Shown: one piece after another, positions 22,990-36,484 of the stretch
Layout: each line of letters begins with the position of its first letter
How positions within the stretch are numbered: the first letter of the stretch is position 1
From: Callorhinchus milii
Taxonomy: Eukaryota
Assembly: GCF_018977255.1 (NCBI RefSeq)
Contig: NW_024705493.1
Span: forward strand, 1 to 39,777
Length of the DNA: 39,777 bases
Direction: 5' to 3'
Notes under the pieces: generated by a model
Database searches by the model: none
Told to the model about the DNA's origin: nothing
Seen by the model: only the letters and a program-made list of their open reading frames with translations
Program-made: the position numbers and the translations under genes

Positions 22990-23800
22990 AGAACGCTTTA
23001 TTTATTTGCAAGGGGTTGAGTTCCATTGGCAACGCTTTGCAGCGCGGTGACGCGGGGAGCAGCGCTTGCAAACGCTGCGTGCAAAACAGTTGGATAGGGC
23101 GCGACGCCACCGCGGAGGAAGCTTAAACGCTGTGCCATCCGCTGAGCGCCGTGAATCAATCTCCGTTCGCCGAGAGGCTCAAAGCTCCGAGCCGCGCGAC
23201 GTCGAGGCGAAACGGGGCCGTCGCCGTCAGAAGCGACAAACAATTTGAGCAGATGCAGTTTGACGATGAAGCGAGACCCATCACCCCACCCCTCCCTCCT
23301 TCAATCGGCGACCGTCTCCCTCGCTGTCCGCCTTCTACTGCGACACATACCCTCCCTCTTCCACCTCGCAAGCGCCGCTAAATCAAAGCGTGTTTTGTTG
23401 TTGTTGTTTAAAGCATCTCTCTCAAAGCGAACTCTCTTTACGAAAGCGCAAACGGCGCGCCGGGCAGGCGAGCAGGCAGGCGTCACAGCCGTAAAGTCGT
23501 TTACCTGCCTCGCGCCAGAAAGTGATCGCTCAGAGGTTGAACGTGAAAGTTAGCAGCGGGAAATCTGCTGCTCCGAAAGGCGCCCAGCTGGGCCGGCGGG
23601 GCGCCCGTCCGTTTAGGCTCACGAAGCAGCTAGCACGGGCTAGGCGCGCGCTCCCTCGCGCGCGCGCACGCACGCGCAAGAGCGCGCCCAAAGGGGGGGG
23701 GGGTAAATGAAGATGAATTATGTGCTCGAGGTCAAACGGGAAGAGCTGTCAGATGGGAGGAGCCGCAGCACCTCCCCATCCCGTCTCCTTTGGAGGCCGG
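22990..23800. promoter_or_regulatory. CpG/GC-rich unique island, candidate promoter or first exon
   Basis: Dense CpG and GCGC runs with no repeat match elsewhere in the window; minus-strand donor GCAG|GTAAAC at 23505/23504. Confidence 0.4.
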
Positions 23801-23843
23801 GCAACAACAATGTTGGTGCAGGCGGTCGTTTGCCATCACTTAT

Positions 23844-24045
23844 CCGTGTTTTTTTTCGGTAAAGTAACGTAGATATAATTAAAATAATTAAAAAATAAAA
23901 ATATTTGACATTTTAATTAATTGATAAAAAATTTGGTTCATTTTTATTTGAACATTTATTTTATTATTTTTTTATTCTATCTACGTGATTTTACCGAAAG
24001 AACCAAGAATATGAATTCCTGCAGTCACGAAAGTTTTTCGTCAAA
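23844..24045 (+). mobile_element. Fold-back Penelope-like insertion, copy 4
   Basis: Exact 15-bp TSD tttgccatcacttat (23829-23843 and 24046-24060); inverted ttcggtaaagtaacgtag/ctacgtgattttaccgaa; no ribozyme part. Confidence 0.75.
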
Positions 24046-25085
24046 TTTGCCATCACTTATTTAATTTAGGATTTTTTAATGTATATTCGCGCAGTGAAGC
24101 TCTCCGATCTTGTATTTTTATTTTCTTTCTTCGGGTTGTGTCGCGCGCCATTCAATGCGGCGGCCTGACGTTTCGCCGCACGAGCTGGGAGCTTCTTCAG
24201 GAAACAACATTGAGTAGCAAAGCTACATGCGCAGCCTCGACCACCTACTCAGTGGTGTATCTGTGTATATTCACCACTAGTTAGATCAGTGGGTTGGAGG
24301 GGGGGGCGGAGTGGTGGTGCAACGATTAGCGAGCTGCACAGCGTTTATTTGACGAGTGATATCTGAGCTGGTCCCTGGCACGTCCACTTCCATCAGTGTG
24401 CAGTAGCCAGCGTGGGGGAATAACCCCTGGTGATTATTCAACAAACATGTTTCTGAAAGACACTTTTGGCAGGACTATATTGCCAAATATTGATGTTTAC
24501 TCCTACAAAGAGTTGTTCCATGAAATATCGCTCATCCAATATGTGTGATCACTATTTAGCTATGGGGTTGTGCCGGATCAAATTAAATAAAAAAAAAGTG
24601 AACGTATGTTGGTCATTCTTTCGTGTATTCGTCGGTGATAGAGCTGATACCATCAGCTCGCCACACTTGTGATTTTACTATTTACTACTAAGAGTAACTA
24701 GTAAAATGACTCTTACTATTTTAATTTTACCAGGTAATAGCCCACTGAGCCATATGGCTCTTTTTCAGAAGCCTGGTCAACATGCTCTATCTGTAGTACA
24801 CCCTGCCACAAAATTCAATGTAATATTTGTATGTTTTGAAGACCATGGTTAATGGTGCAGATTGTATAAGTGAAACGTTATTGTCTTATTACAGGAGAAA
24901 TATAGGCAAGTATGAATGGAAAAAAAAATGAAATAATGATAATGAATGAACGAACATTAATACAACCGTGGTATGTTCATATATGGCCAAAACATTTACA
25001 GATGCAACAACGCTAAATTAGGATGGAGATATGTAAGAAAATTTGGTATTTGCATGCAATGATTGCTATTTGTTGTTAAAACCAT

Positions 25086-25368
25086 TTTTGTATTTTACCA
25101 GGTAAGGCCCACTGAGCTATATAGCTCTTTTCAGAAGCGACCTGGCCACAAATGAAAGCTCAACAATGTGGCTTATTATGTGGACATTTACAGCAGCCGA
25201 ATACTCTTAACGAACGTTCCGTAAATATTGAGGTAAAAACCGGAGGCCCCATAGAAAAATCCACGCGACCACGCGGAGAGAGACACGCAAACTCCAAATA
25301 TACAGCAGGCGTCAGGGTCGAGATCCAACCTACGACCTCCGTCATACCAGGCGAGGTAGTCAACGTCT
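25086..25368 (-). mobile_element. V-SINE copy
   Basis: Reverse-complement match to the family. Confidence 0.8.
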
Positions 25369-26209
25369 CGGGTGGCTGCCCACATTTGAACCCTCGTTCT
25401 CATTGGGTGCTGACGCGGTGCTTTAACACCACACACACAGACACATTAGCCCCCTTGAGCTGCCCAGCCACCTCATGCAGAGTGATTTTAGTTTCGACAC
25501 TTTTCAAAGGAATTGCCATGGGCGTGCCGCTGTTGACGGGACCCATAGTACCGTTTGCATCCGTGGATGATTGTCTACGGTTGTCAAAGCCAGAAATTTC
25601 ACGGTTGTAAAATTGGCAAAAAAAATGATCTTCCCACATTACAACAGTTACTTATGTCTTCCATGCAAACGAGATAATGAATCTCAATGGGCCTCGGCCG
25701 GTGAGGCAAAGGAAGCAGGTGATTGATTGTTCTGCCTATCACAGAGCTGTGATAAGAATATTTTGTATGGCGTTATATGTGCCTAAGTTGTCATTAAACG
25801 TCCTGATAAAATGGCAAATGTCACGCTGAAATTGTATTCATTAATATAAAACGCCTAGACATCACAGATGTTTGATTTAATAGCCTGATCTCATCCTAAC
25901 TATATGTGTAATGATATTTTGTACGTCGTTTGCATGATATTTTACATCAATGAAGTGTTTTGTCCAAATGTACTTGTTTATTTTTTGGGTCCAATATATA
26001 TATACGTGTTATGATAAATTACAATGTTAGGTGCACTATCCTATGGGGAACGCGGCTGATGCTACGTCCACTAAGGAGATGGAGCCATGAAATCAGATAG
26101 TAGTGTGCAGGCGCTGGGTGGGTGACTTTTGCATCGCAGGGTTGTGAGAGGTAGCGGTAGCTTGGGGAGTCCTTCATCCAGCAGTGGATTGACCATGGTT
26201 GACGATGAC

Positions 26210-26430
26210 GATGTATGTTGAACTTCTCTTGCACCGTACGTAGCTGACCCTGCTAATTGGAGCTGCCGGGGAAGGACAACAAACGAAACACAAAAAGCAG
26301 TTCTAAATAAATCAGTTTTCAATCTAGATTTAAAAGTACATAGCTCCAGTGGCTTTCTAATATTGGAAGGAAGAGTGTTCCAGACGGCTCAAGAAGCACA
26401 CCTGAACGTGCATGGTGCGGTGACCGTCTC
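26210..26430 (-). mobile_element. L2-type LINE 3' end
   Basis: Homologous to 20575-20760. Shorter tail-only copies lie at about 17085, 30705, 35960-36052 and 37505. Confidence 0.65.
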
Positions 26431-26899
26431 TGTTTGATGGCTTGCCAAAAAAGATCATGATTTTACACGTACACTGCTGTTTATCATACACGATATGCAT
26501 ATGGCCCCTGAGTAATGTAAGTTAAAACAGGTGACTTTCTCCCAGCTTAAACAATGAAATGTGCTGGCCACGCTTGCAAGATCAAGTTTGTCGCGAAAAT
26601 TCCACATTCTTACGTGTCGCTCCCAAAAATTGGTATTTATTTTATTAACCCCAAAGAGTGATGATTGGTTGAAACAATCATTCAGCTCATGTATACCGTA
26701 ATTTCTGCTTTAGCCTATATTGCGTACAAATGTAGCCCACGTAAGTTGACGCTGTTTCACTCGCCACATTATCATAAAATCGTTTAGCATGTTTAAATGC
26801 ATCATCCTCGCGATAAATGTGTATACGTGTGATGAGGGTCGAATGGGCTGCCGTTATTTCAAGTGAGCTTTTAATCACCATTCAACGGTAGAGGAACCA

Positions 26900-27130
26900 T
26901 CGCAGGCACATTCCACAATTGAGGTATTTAATGTACGTGTACACGTTTACTGAAGAGGTCTTGCTCGCGTTGTTACACCTATTGGCCCCTCTTCTTTGAT
27001 AGCGTCCAAATATATACCAGGGTTTATGAAAGGTTTTTCTGCCATCGACCACACACTTGCTATCAATCTCATTTTGGAAAAGACCAATGAATATCAAATG
27101 GCATTATTGTATACCTTCGCCTTTGCACAT
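26900..27130 (+). mobile_element. Old LINE RT remnant
   Basis: GFSAIDHTLAINLILEKTNEYQMAL resembles RTE RT domains 2-3. Confidence 0.55.
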
Positions 27131-28149
27131 GATGGAAATTCACTTAACTTGGTAAAAATTGCATTGATATAGTCATCCAAGCTCTCACAAACCACGGCTT
27201 AATATAAAACCTATTCCTATTCAATAAAAGCCATGGACAGCCATAGAAGTAGAAAAAACACACTGATATTATTTCAAGAAAGTGGCACATTGCAGATTAA
27301 GTGGGAAATCAGACTAGGTATCACGCATCCGTCAACGTTTCGAGTACGTATTTGGCTGCTCTAAATGTTCACATGATAAGCCACTGAATTGTGCTATCAT
27401 TTGTGGTCAGGTCGCTTCTAAAAAAGAGCGATATAACTCAGTGGACCTTTCCTGTTAAAACAAAAAGTAATAAAAAGTAAAATTAAGATCTAATTTGAAA
27501 TTTTTTATGCAAATTAACAAATCACCCAGAATGCACCCAATCTCAGTTGTGCTTGAGACGGCTTGGGATGGGTGACCATCATGCAATACATAACAGGTGC
27601 TATAGGTTCCGGCGGGGCGAGACTGCCAGCAGAGGGCAGTGCAAACCCAATTACTCCGCTCAACGCCTTCACCAACCCACACATTGACCAAAGTGGTGAA
27701 GTATGGTCCAAGAGCCCCCATGATTTGCATGGCATGGGGAGGCCCTCATACAGCAGTTAATTGATGAAGAGCTGTACATGGACGCTTATTCAAACTGAGT
27801 CAAATCACATTTAATCGTAAAATGATTATGTCAGCAGCTTGGGTTAATGTGAAGATAATATTAGCCAAAGTGTGTATCCAGTAAATCACACTACAAGGCC
27901 AACAATCATAATGTAATGATGTTATTTATCAGGGAAAATTAACCGAGTGTATGTTAATTAGAATTAATAATTGTAATCAAACAATGTGAAGATCATGCCT
28001 ACTTTACAAATTGACTGCCTCAACACTGCATATAACAACAACAACAATAATAACAAGAACTCAACACATTTGTCTGCAACATTGTGGCCTAAAAATAATA
28101 TATATATGGTGGGTGATGTTACGGCTAATGGTCTTTGTTTGGGCGCCAC

Positions 28150-28410
28150 GGTGGAAAGATGTTAACTACCTTATCTGGTATACAGGAGGTCGTGGGTTCG
28201 ATTCCAACCCTGACGCCTGCTGTATATTTGTATTTTGCATGTTCTCCCTGTGGTCGTGTGGATTTTTCTCCAGGTCCTCCGGTTTTTCCCTCCACATTTA
28301 GAAACATGCACTTAGAATATTTAGCTGCTATAATTTCCACATGATGAGCCACTTCGTTGAGCTATCAATTGTGGCCAGGTCGCTGGCTACAAATGTGGGC
28401 CTTACCTGGT
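28150..28410 (+). mobile_element. V-SINE copy
   Basis: Head and V-domain match; the tail is shortened. Confidence 0.8.
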
Positions 28411-29559
28411 GGTGATTTGGCCCAGGAATGCATTGATTGGTGAAATTCTTCCCACAATGCAATGTGCCAGCGACATTTTATTGCAACACTACATACGGTG
28501 CACTTGTCAGATTCGATGTTAGTAAATAAACTGCCTGATAACATTTCCCACAAAGCATGAAGACGAAAGTCAAGGTTAAAAGGTCACCATACTGTATGTA
28601 AAGGCCACGAAATCGCGCCTTCTCTACCTTCCTTCTGCCAGTTTCCACAGCTCTTGCACAGTTGGCACGCGACCCCCAAGATCTATGCTCATAGCATCAT
28701 CCCAACATCTCCGGTATTTCCCACTAACATTCTCAATCAGGGATTGCGATTGTGGGTAATCATACAATCACGCAAGGGAGACGCACCTACACTAAGCCAT
28801 TAGCACCCACAAAGCAATGTGAGCGGTATAGCTGTATCTCCACGGGCCACCTGCAACCCACGCCTGCAACGGGCAACAAACGCATTCTGTGATCAATAAA
28901 CATAATGGCACTTGTGTCCACTTTAACCTGCAGGTCAACAAACCAACAGTCACACTCCCTCTCCCAAATCCCTGTTCCCTTTTCTGCCATCCCTAGTTTA
29001 AAAAATATATATATAAATATTTGGGCCTCCTTTTCACCAACCCCAAAGCATACCCCCAAGCAAGCTCCCAAAGCACGTGTGAGCCGATATATAAATTGCC
29101 TATTCATTTCCTTAACACGTTTTCCATATTAAACTCTGGCCTGCCCCAATCTCCCATCCCTCTAGGCTGTGACCATCCATCATCTTTCTTTTTCTCTCAC
29201 TCTCCCTCACTCTCTTTCACATTGTAACTCGCCGCTTGTAATTTCCCAAGCTCTCAACCCTTCTCTGTATGCCCATCTCCCACCCGCCGCCCCCCCCCCC
29301 CATCTTCTTTTCTAACAGCCCAACCACCGCTTCCTCCTCCCCTTGTGAGCAAATATGTCCACATTGCCCAACCTGTGTATCTCCCTGGACCCTGGTTAAT
29401 TGTGGTCAGCAGATAGGAAAGGGACATTTATATCCCATTACCACATGGCTTGCTTACCCCTGCAATCTTTGAGCATATGCTCAGCCTCACCTTTTTAATT
29501 TGTTGTCATTGTATGAATATATGATCGAGTGCGTGTGTGTACGTGTATGTGGAGAGCTG

Positions 29560-30118
29560 GGGGAGCGGTAGTGTAGCGGTTAGCGCGCTGCACTACGAAC
29601 CTGGCTACCCGGGTTCGATTCCCGCTCACGGTAAACACCAGTGACGATTATCTGAACCGGTCCTGGGCATCCCCTAGGTCGACTCAGCCTCAAATGAGTA
29701 TATGGTGCGATGTGTAAACATCACCACTTGGGCTACAAAGGCAGCCCGGTATGATGCTGGCCACCCACCCCCTTGTGTGCCTTTCTAGCCTTCGCAGGTG
29801 CTCGCTAACAGCACTTGCCCCAACAGTCTGTTAAGGCTATACGGGGAACTTTGTCTGAATATTTGGTGAACGTGGATAGCTTACGGTGCTACGAATCTGG
29901 TGACACGAGTTCAATTCCCGCTCACGGCTAATATCAGAGGCGAATATATGAACCAGACCTAAGCCTCCCCTGGGTTCACTCGGCCTTAAATGAGTACCTC
30001 GTGCAAAATATAAACATCAGCACAGGGGAGACAAAGACGGCCGGGCGTGATGCTAGGCGCACCACCACCTTACGTGTCATCCATATCTGAATAGGTGCTG
30101 ACTAACATAACTTGCCCA
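29560..30118 (+). mobile_element. Two head-to-tail copies of the second SINE family
   Basis: 29560-29852 plus a more diverged copy at 29870-30118. Confidence 0.8.
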
Positions 30119-32519
30119 ATTAGTTGAATCTTTGATTTTGCCCTTGTAACAGTTCGTTAAAAGTGTCGTGAAATCCGACAACATGGCTGAAATTACTAGT
30201 GGCAAGATCAGTACCGTGTGATATCTGAACATGTTCCAGGGTCTCCCTCAGATAAACTCAACCTTAATCGAGTGCTTTGTGGAGTGTATGAACAGCATCA
30301 CCGCGGAGACAAAGGTAGCTGTGCGTGGTGCTGACAGCACTCCTCCCGTGTGCTGGAATTAGCAGGAGCGCTCACTCCTGCGCTCGTCAAGGCGAAAAGT
30401 GAGATAGATACCCGTCTTTGTGGTGCGTGTTTGTGTGTGTACCATGAAAACCATGTCCCCCTCTGTAAAAAAAAAAAGTAACAAAAAATATAAATAAATG
30501 CCCCGCTTAATTTGTTGCCAATGCGCCAGTGTTGCACGGAAGTTACTCCAGAGAGACCAACGCTCTCCTTGCTCGGGGCTCTGTAAGTCCTCTTGTCCTA
30601 ATACCGGTGGAAAGCGCTCGCCTCGCCAGTGCAGGGGAACCAAGCCGCCGCTGTTTCTGCCGAAGCGATAATCTTCACCTCTGTATGTGTGTGTGTGTGC
30701 ATGCATGTTGAACTTCTTTCACACCGCACGTAGCCCACCGTGCCAATTGGAGGTGCGGGCGAGGGGAAACAGACAACGAACTAAACGCAAAAAATCACCA
30801 GAGCCAGGCTGGCCCACATTTGTTCTGCCAAGTTGGCTCACCTCCACGCATTTATAACATGAAATCGGCCGCAAGTTCCCGGCGTCATTATGACGGCCTT
30901 CAATGATGAGAGGTGTCGTGATGATGCACACCCCCGGTGATGTCGGCGTGGGATTGGTAGATCACAGAGGAAGGGAGACGTCGAGGGCGACAGACACCTT
31001 GCTGCCCTGTAGTCACGTGTCTGTAGAAGGCAGTAGTGCAGCAATAGTTCAGTCTCCCTGCTCAATGAAGTCAAAGTCAACGTGCTTATTCAACGGCAGC
31101 GCTGTACTACTCGTGGAAATTACACATTCCGATGGCAGGAACCAGTCTATCCATAGCTTGTCAATGGGCGACTCGCCACAAGTCAGTGTTTGATTGAGGG
31201 TTTTGGATTCGCCACTTACAGCTCCAAGTCAAGCAATCTAAGCACAGCGTAATTAATTTAGTTAGATTGCTGAGAAGGCAAATGCATGGCCACAATGCAG
31301 AGATGATCTACAACGTGATGGGGAGGTTGTTGTTGTTGCAGTCGTCTGTTAGACAGACTGATCGCCACCATCAGAACGTTGGATTGCCTCCACTGGTTTC
31401 AGCACATCCGACAGAGATGAACACAGACGCATGCTTCCCTTGAGCAGGCAGACACTTTGGCAACATTTCAGTGCGTGTTACCATGCATTAGTATTCTAAA
31501 CGGGAGAATATTTATGAAAACAGATGCGAAATATAAGCACAACACAGCGCTACACCGTGTTGCCACTTCAATGCAGCGATTAAATAAATCATTCCACGAG
31601 AATACGTTGTTAATGCTGTTTGCGTTTATTTGCGGCGAACCTTTTCCCCAAACGAACACCATATAATTAGCTACATTGTCCAAGTTTTATGTTACTTTTG
31701 CTGCTTTAACTATCGCGTGCATATTTGTTTTATTTTTAATCGCAGCGAGGCAATAAAATATGCTTGTAACAACGACGATATCAAAACCGCGTGCGAAAAC
31801 AGCTTGCTCTGTAATTCGCACTGCGCCAGTAAAAGTGGCGAACATTCCGGTCACAATGCCCGACTTCATAAAATCACGGCATCAACTTGTCCATCGCGGA
31901 TTATTAAACAGCCGCTCCGGTGCAGGCAGCGGCTAGGGATACAATGAGGACATCGGCAGGTCACTTTCAGAGACGCGAATGTAGAGGGGGGGGGGGGTTG
32001 GTCAGAAAATATTGAGGGATAAATCGTCTGCACGGAAGTCAAATGTTCACATAGGTGGCTTGCAAACGCACTCAGCCACTGCCATCAAAGGCGAAGGTGA
32101 ACGCTTGGCCATCAACACAACAAAAGCGTGGTGGAATGTATCTTCGCCGACAGTGCAAATTCTGCACTCCCATAGTAGGGAGGAAATTGATCCATGAGTT
32201 AAACATTGTTGACTTCGCACACATTTATTTTACATGTATTGGCCTAAGACGTATGACAGGTTGATACAATCCTCAACTGGGATTAGAATCCACATTCTCC
32301 CGATCCCAAGCACTCTAACACAGCAGCACCCAGTTTCGTTTCGTTAAAGGTAACTCTCTCAACACCGTCCACCTTTCACCCTAGCTGTCATTTTGCCACG
32401 TAACTCGTGCCACAACACTACCCAGATAACAGAACTCCTCTTATCCGTGGTGGTGATTCGGGGTTGTATCGTGGATCCCATTATCCGCGGAGTTATCTGC
32501 AACTTTACTCCACTCGTGA

Positions 32520-32760
32520 AATAGGTTTTCCCATTTTTTCTGGCAACAAAACAAGTGTTAAGATGTTAAAACACCAAACTGAAGCCTTTTACAGAGAATC
32601 ATGTCTGCATTAACTACAATGCTTGTGGTCAGAATGCAAACAAAAAACATAACTCTGATAATGTGCACTGTCTTGAATTAATTGGTCCACACCGAAACAG
32701 CTTTCCTTCGAGCCTAGCCTCAAATGGTGTTAGACCAGAGGACGCCTAAAGGCGTACAGC
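32520..32760 (+). repeat. Single-arm copy of the second fold-back family
   Basis: Aligns with 11252-11470 (ataggttttccc...gaccagaggacgcc.aaaggcg). Another diverged piece lies at 10720-10875. Confidence 0.7.
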
Positions 32761-33165
32761 TTATCTTATCTAGAAGGGGACAAACAAAAAACGTGGATAT
32801 TTTAATAAGTATTTATCTTCTTAGAAAAGCCGCACTGAGTCGGAAGACTCATTAAGGGTCAGGCATTGGGAGGTGTGAATGACCAACACCACTTGTGTTT
32901 AATGTTTACTTTTAGCCATGGTTAGAAACTGGAGAACCTGGAAGAAACACATGCAGCACAGGGTGGGGTGGGGTGGGTGGGAAGGGGAACATTCAAACTC
33001 CACACACAAAGGCGCATGAGTCAGGAATCGAACCCAGGTCCTTGTTGCTGTCGGGCTCAAGTGCTACCAACTCACTTTCTTGATAATAGGAGGAATACAC
33101 CTGTGAATAATTGGATTTATTTGCGGACAGCTTACACAGGTAATAGAAAACTTAGAAACTAAACT

Positions 33166-33445
33166 ATATTTTATTTTACCAAGTCCCACTGAGCTATGGC
33201 TATCTTTTCAGAAGCGACCTGGCCACAAATGATAGCTTAACGAAGTGGCTAATCATGTTGAAATGTATAGCAGCCAAATACTCTAAACGCACGTTGATTC
33301 TTAATGTAGACGAAAAAACCGGAGGACCCTGAGAAAAATCCACGTGACCACAGGAAGAACACGCAAAATCGAAATATAACAGCCTCCGGGTTGGGATCAA
33401 ACCCACGCCCTCCTGTATACCAGGCGAGGTAGTTAACATCTCGCC
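33166..33445 (-). mobile_element. V-SINE copy
   Basis: Reverse-complement match to the family. Confidence 0.8.
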
Positions 33446-34276
33446 ACCGCGAGACAGGAGTTGAGGGTGATCGGAACGGAGGATTTCTCCGGTAATACCG
33501 CGCTGCTTGGTGGTTTGCGACGATGGATTTGGCGCAGTTTCCCCAGCAGTGCTCCTCCCATCGCAATGCGTTTCCCCATGTGGCGATGGCAGCGTGGCAG
33601 AACTGGCTGTCGAGAGTTCCAGATGGTGCCAGCAGTGACGCTTATTGCCTGGGTATCGCTCGGCTCCCTTGACAGTCAGTGTTTTATGTGCGCCAGTGGT
33701 GTTTTGTTTGTTTTTCGCTTGTCGTCCGGTCCAGTGCTCCAGCCACGGAGAGGCACGACGCATTTGTTTGTACGACTGTGAGTACTAAACCGATTGCGAG
33801 CACTGAGTGGGTAAGCCATGGGGTGCTGGCTTCTCTTGCCAATTCTCGCCATGCCACGTAGTTACTCAATGACGGCAGATGTTATGGTTTGTATACAGGA
33901 ACTTCATATTTAATTTACAGTAGTTGCGGACTTTTTGTTTTGTTTTGTTTCAGTTTAAATTATACACGTCCAAACCTCGTTTAAAGATTCCCCTTTTATT
34001 GAATTTTCACTAATACAACATTCTGTTTTATAATGTCCCAAAACATAGCATTTCCACTAGATTCAACGTTTTCCCCAAATCTAGCATTCAATTTGGCTGG
34101 TCCCTTGAAAGAAAAAACATGGATTTGAGGTTGCAAATGATTATTTAAACAGGGTGTGCAATTGCTAGCTCACTTCACTGCTGGCAGTGGGGCCTCTACT
34201 GGAGTGAGGTCGACTGAATGTTTATTGGCCGACTCAACCATGTTTGCCATTGAACTTGAAAGAAGTGGTAGTACCC

Positions 34277-34610
34277 CAGTGTCAGATTATCCCAGTAGCA
34301 AAGTAGCTGCATATGCTACGGGCCCGCACTTTCAAGGGCCCCGCGCTAAATGCTTTCAAGTTATTAATTCCGGTTCAGTGATTCTGCACTTGCTCTATTA
34401 CTATAGTACTATACTGCCTTCAACTTTTATGAACGACTGGGTGTTTAAGGTTAGCGATTTGTTGTATTATCTGGCTGTATAGCAAATGAAAAAAATACAA
34501 TTACTTTACTATGCAAGTAAAAATTGTGTTTTAATATTTACTGTTTTTTTTTATTTAGGGCCCCTTCATAACATATGCTAGAGGCCCCGCACTAGCTTAA
34601 TCCGGCCCTG
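34277..34610. mobile_element. hAT-type MITE
   Basis: TIRs CAGTGTCAGATTA / TAATCCGGCCCTG; 8-bp TSD tagtaccc/tagtaacc (7/8). Confidence 0.75.
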
Positions 34611-34959
34611 TAGTAACCGCATTTGGCCTGACTATACACGACTAACAGTGCCCATTTACACTGCTGGGTGGACAGAGGCAGTGTGGAGAGGGGGGCATTT
34701 ACGAACCTTGCATCAACGTAGTTCACAACTTAGTTGCAGGAATTTTGGCATTGTGCCAGAGCGCTCGGTCGAGGTAACGCAATCCCTGATCTCTCCAAGG
34801 TTGATCGATCAGAATCTTTATATATACTGGAGCTATGATGCACTTCTTCACAGATGTCTCGTAGGGGTGGCTCAGAAAGTTACAACAAACAAACAATGCA
34901 AAAACACGATAGAGCAAATTATAGGAAAAGTAAGCAAACCACGAAAAGAAACTAATTCG

Positions 34960-35245
34960 TTTTACTAGGTATAGCACACTGAGCTCGTAGCTTATTTTCA
35001 GAAGCGATCTGGCCACAAATGATAGCTCAATAAAGTGGCTTATCACGTGGACATTTATCGCAGCCAAATAATCGAAATAATCTGAACACATGTTTCTAAA
35101 TGTGGAGGGATAAACCTGAGGACCCGAAGAAAACATCCACGTGACCAGTGGAGAGAGACACGCAAAACTCCAAATATACAGGCGTCAGGGTCGGGATCGA
35201 ACCCCCAACCTCCTGCATAACAGGCGAGGAAGATAACATCATGCC
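34960..35245 (-). mobile_element. V-SINE copy
   Basis: Reverse-complement match to the family. Confidence 0.8.
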
Positions 35246-35355
35246 ACGGTGGTAAGTGGACCGCACAGATGGTATGAAACTGCATTCCCGTGGGCCTCAA
35301 GGATGTGCCATACACTGGCTCACCAGGAGAAGGCAGACGAACAAGTGAACTCATC

Positions 35356-35788
35356 ATTGGTACCTCATTTGCCAGTAAAAATAATGACAATTGTTTTTTA
35401 CCCTTTTATCTGGAAACAAAACTGACACCTTTTTTTACGAGGAGTCATGTTTGCATAGACCACAATACCTGCAGTCATAATGCAAACAAAAACATAACTC
35501 TGATAATGTATGCACTGTCCTTGAAGTTGATTGGTCCACACCCAAGACAGCTTTCCTTAGAGCCTAGTCTCACATGGGTTGGACCAGATGATGCCTTTTT
35601 GTGAGACTAGGCTCTAAGGAAAGCTGTCTCGGGTGTGGACCAATCAACTTCAAGGACAGTGCATACATTATCAGAGTTATGTTTTTTGTTTGCATTGTGA
35701 CTGCAGGTATTGTGATCTATGCAAACATGACTCCTCGTAAAAAAGGTGTCAGTTTTGTTGCCAGATAAAAGGGTAAAAAAACAATTAT
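35356..35788. mobile_element. Long palindromic insertion of a second fold-back repeat family
   Basis: Near-perfect inverted arms at about 35389-35574 and 35600-35786; exact 14-bp TSD caagtgaactcatc (35342-35355 and 35789-35802). Confidence 0.8.
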
Positions 35789-36052
35789 CAAGTGAACTCA
35801 TCTCCATCTGTTTACACAAATTGGCTTAAAACATCTTCAAATAAAAACCAACGCGGGACCCGTATGAAGATGTGTCCATGGACTCAGTGGATGAGTAAAT
35901 AATCATAATTAGAAACTAGTACCACTTTGTGATCAGTCTAGATTGAAAATAATTTCTTTAGAACTGATTTTCGTGTTTAGTTTGTTGTCCTTCCCCTGCA
36001 TCTCCGATTAGCACGGCTGGCTACGTACGGTGCGAAAGAACTTCAACATACA

Positions 36053-36484
36053 TCTCCATATATATAAGGCAAAGTTGTGATTATGTGTGTCTGTTCAAAA
36101 TGTTTAGCGTACTTCCCGACATGCAACAAACTTGAAATTTGCCATGTGGGTACTTTTCAGATTTACACCATGCAAAAAATAGAAAAATACACTTTTGTAT
36201 TTTTTTTTTGGGACGTCACATCTGTCACGTGACCCGCGCATGTGGAAGCGTAACGCATTGTAGTGTAGTGGTTAGCGCGCTGCGCTATGAACCCGGCGAC
36301 CCGAGTTCGATCCCCGCTCACGGCCACCACCGGTGACGATTATTTGAACCGGTCCTGGGCCTCCGCTAGGTCGCCTCAGCCTCAAACGAGTAACTGGTGT
36401 GGTGTGTAAACATCGCCACTGGGAGACAAAGGCGGCCGGGCGTGGTGAATCCAAGTCCCGGGCGACGCCGGGTAGTAAAACTAG
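36053..36484 (+). mobile_element. Non-autonomous Helitron containing a SINE insertion
   Basis: A|TCtccatatatataa start; hairpin cccgggcgacgccggg followed by CTAG|T at 36481-36485. Confidence 0.65.
36258..36448 (+). mobile_element. 3'-truncated second-family SINE inside the Helitron
   Basis: Head and core match 29560-29760. Confidence 0.8.

Noticed and set aside
27545..27760. Plus-strand 65-aa ORF that looks protein-like
   Set aside because: No partner exons, weak acceptor and no recognisable domain.
29565..29640. tRNA-like sequences with A/B boxes (also 4490-4560, 8610-8670, 10290-10360, 36258-36325)
   Set aside because: These are SINE heads or SINE-like relics without a complete cloverleaf, not tRNA genes.
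30842..31237. Minus-strand segment with LTC...W.DWF, DAGN and a GTGAGC donor, suggestive of an Ig exon
   Set aside because: It has three in-frame stops and a phase 0 end. IITTPLIIEGRHNDAGNLRPISC fits the LINE RT motif (ITLI.K.G...D..NYRPIS) better, and a related remnant occurs near 22520-22605.
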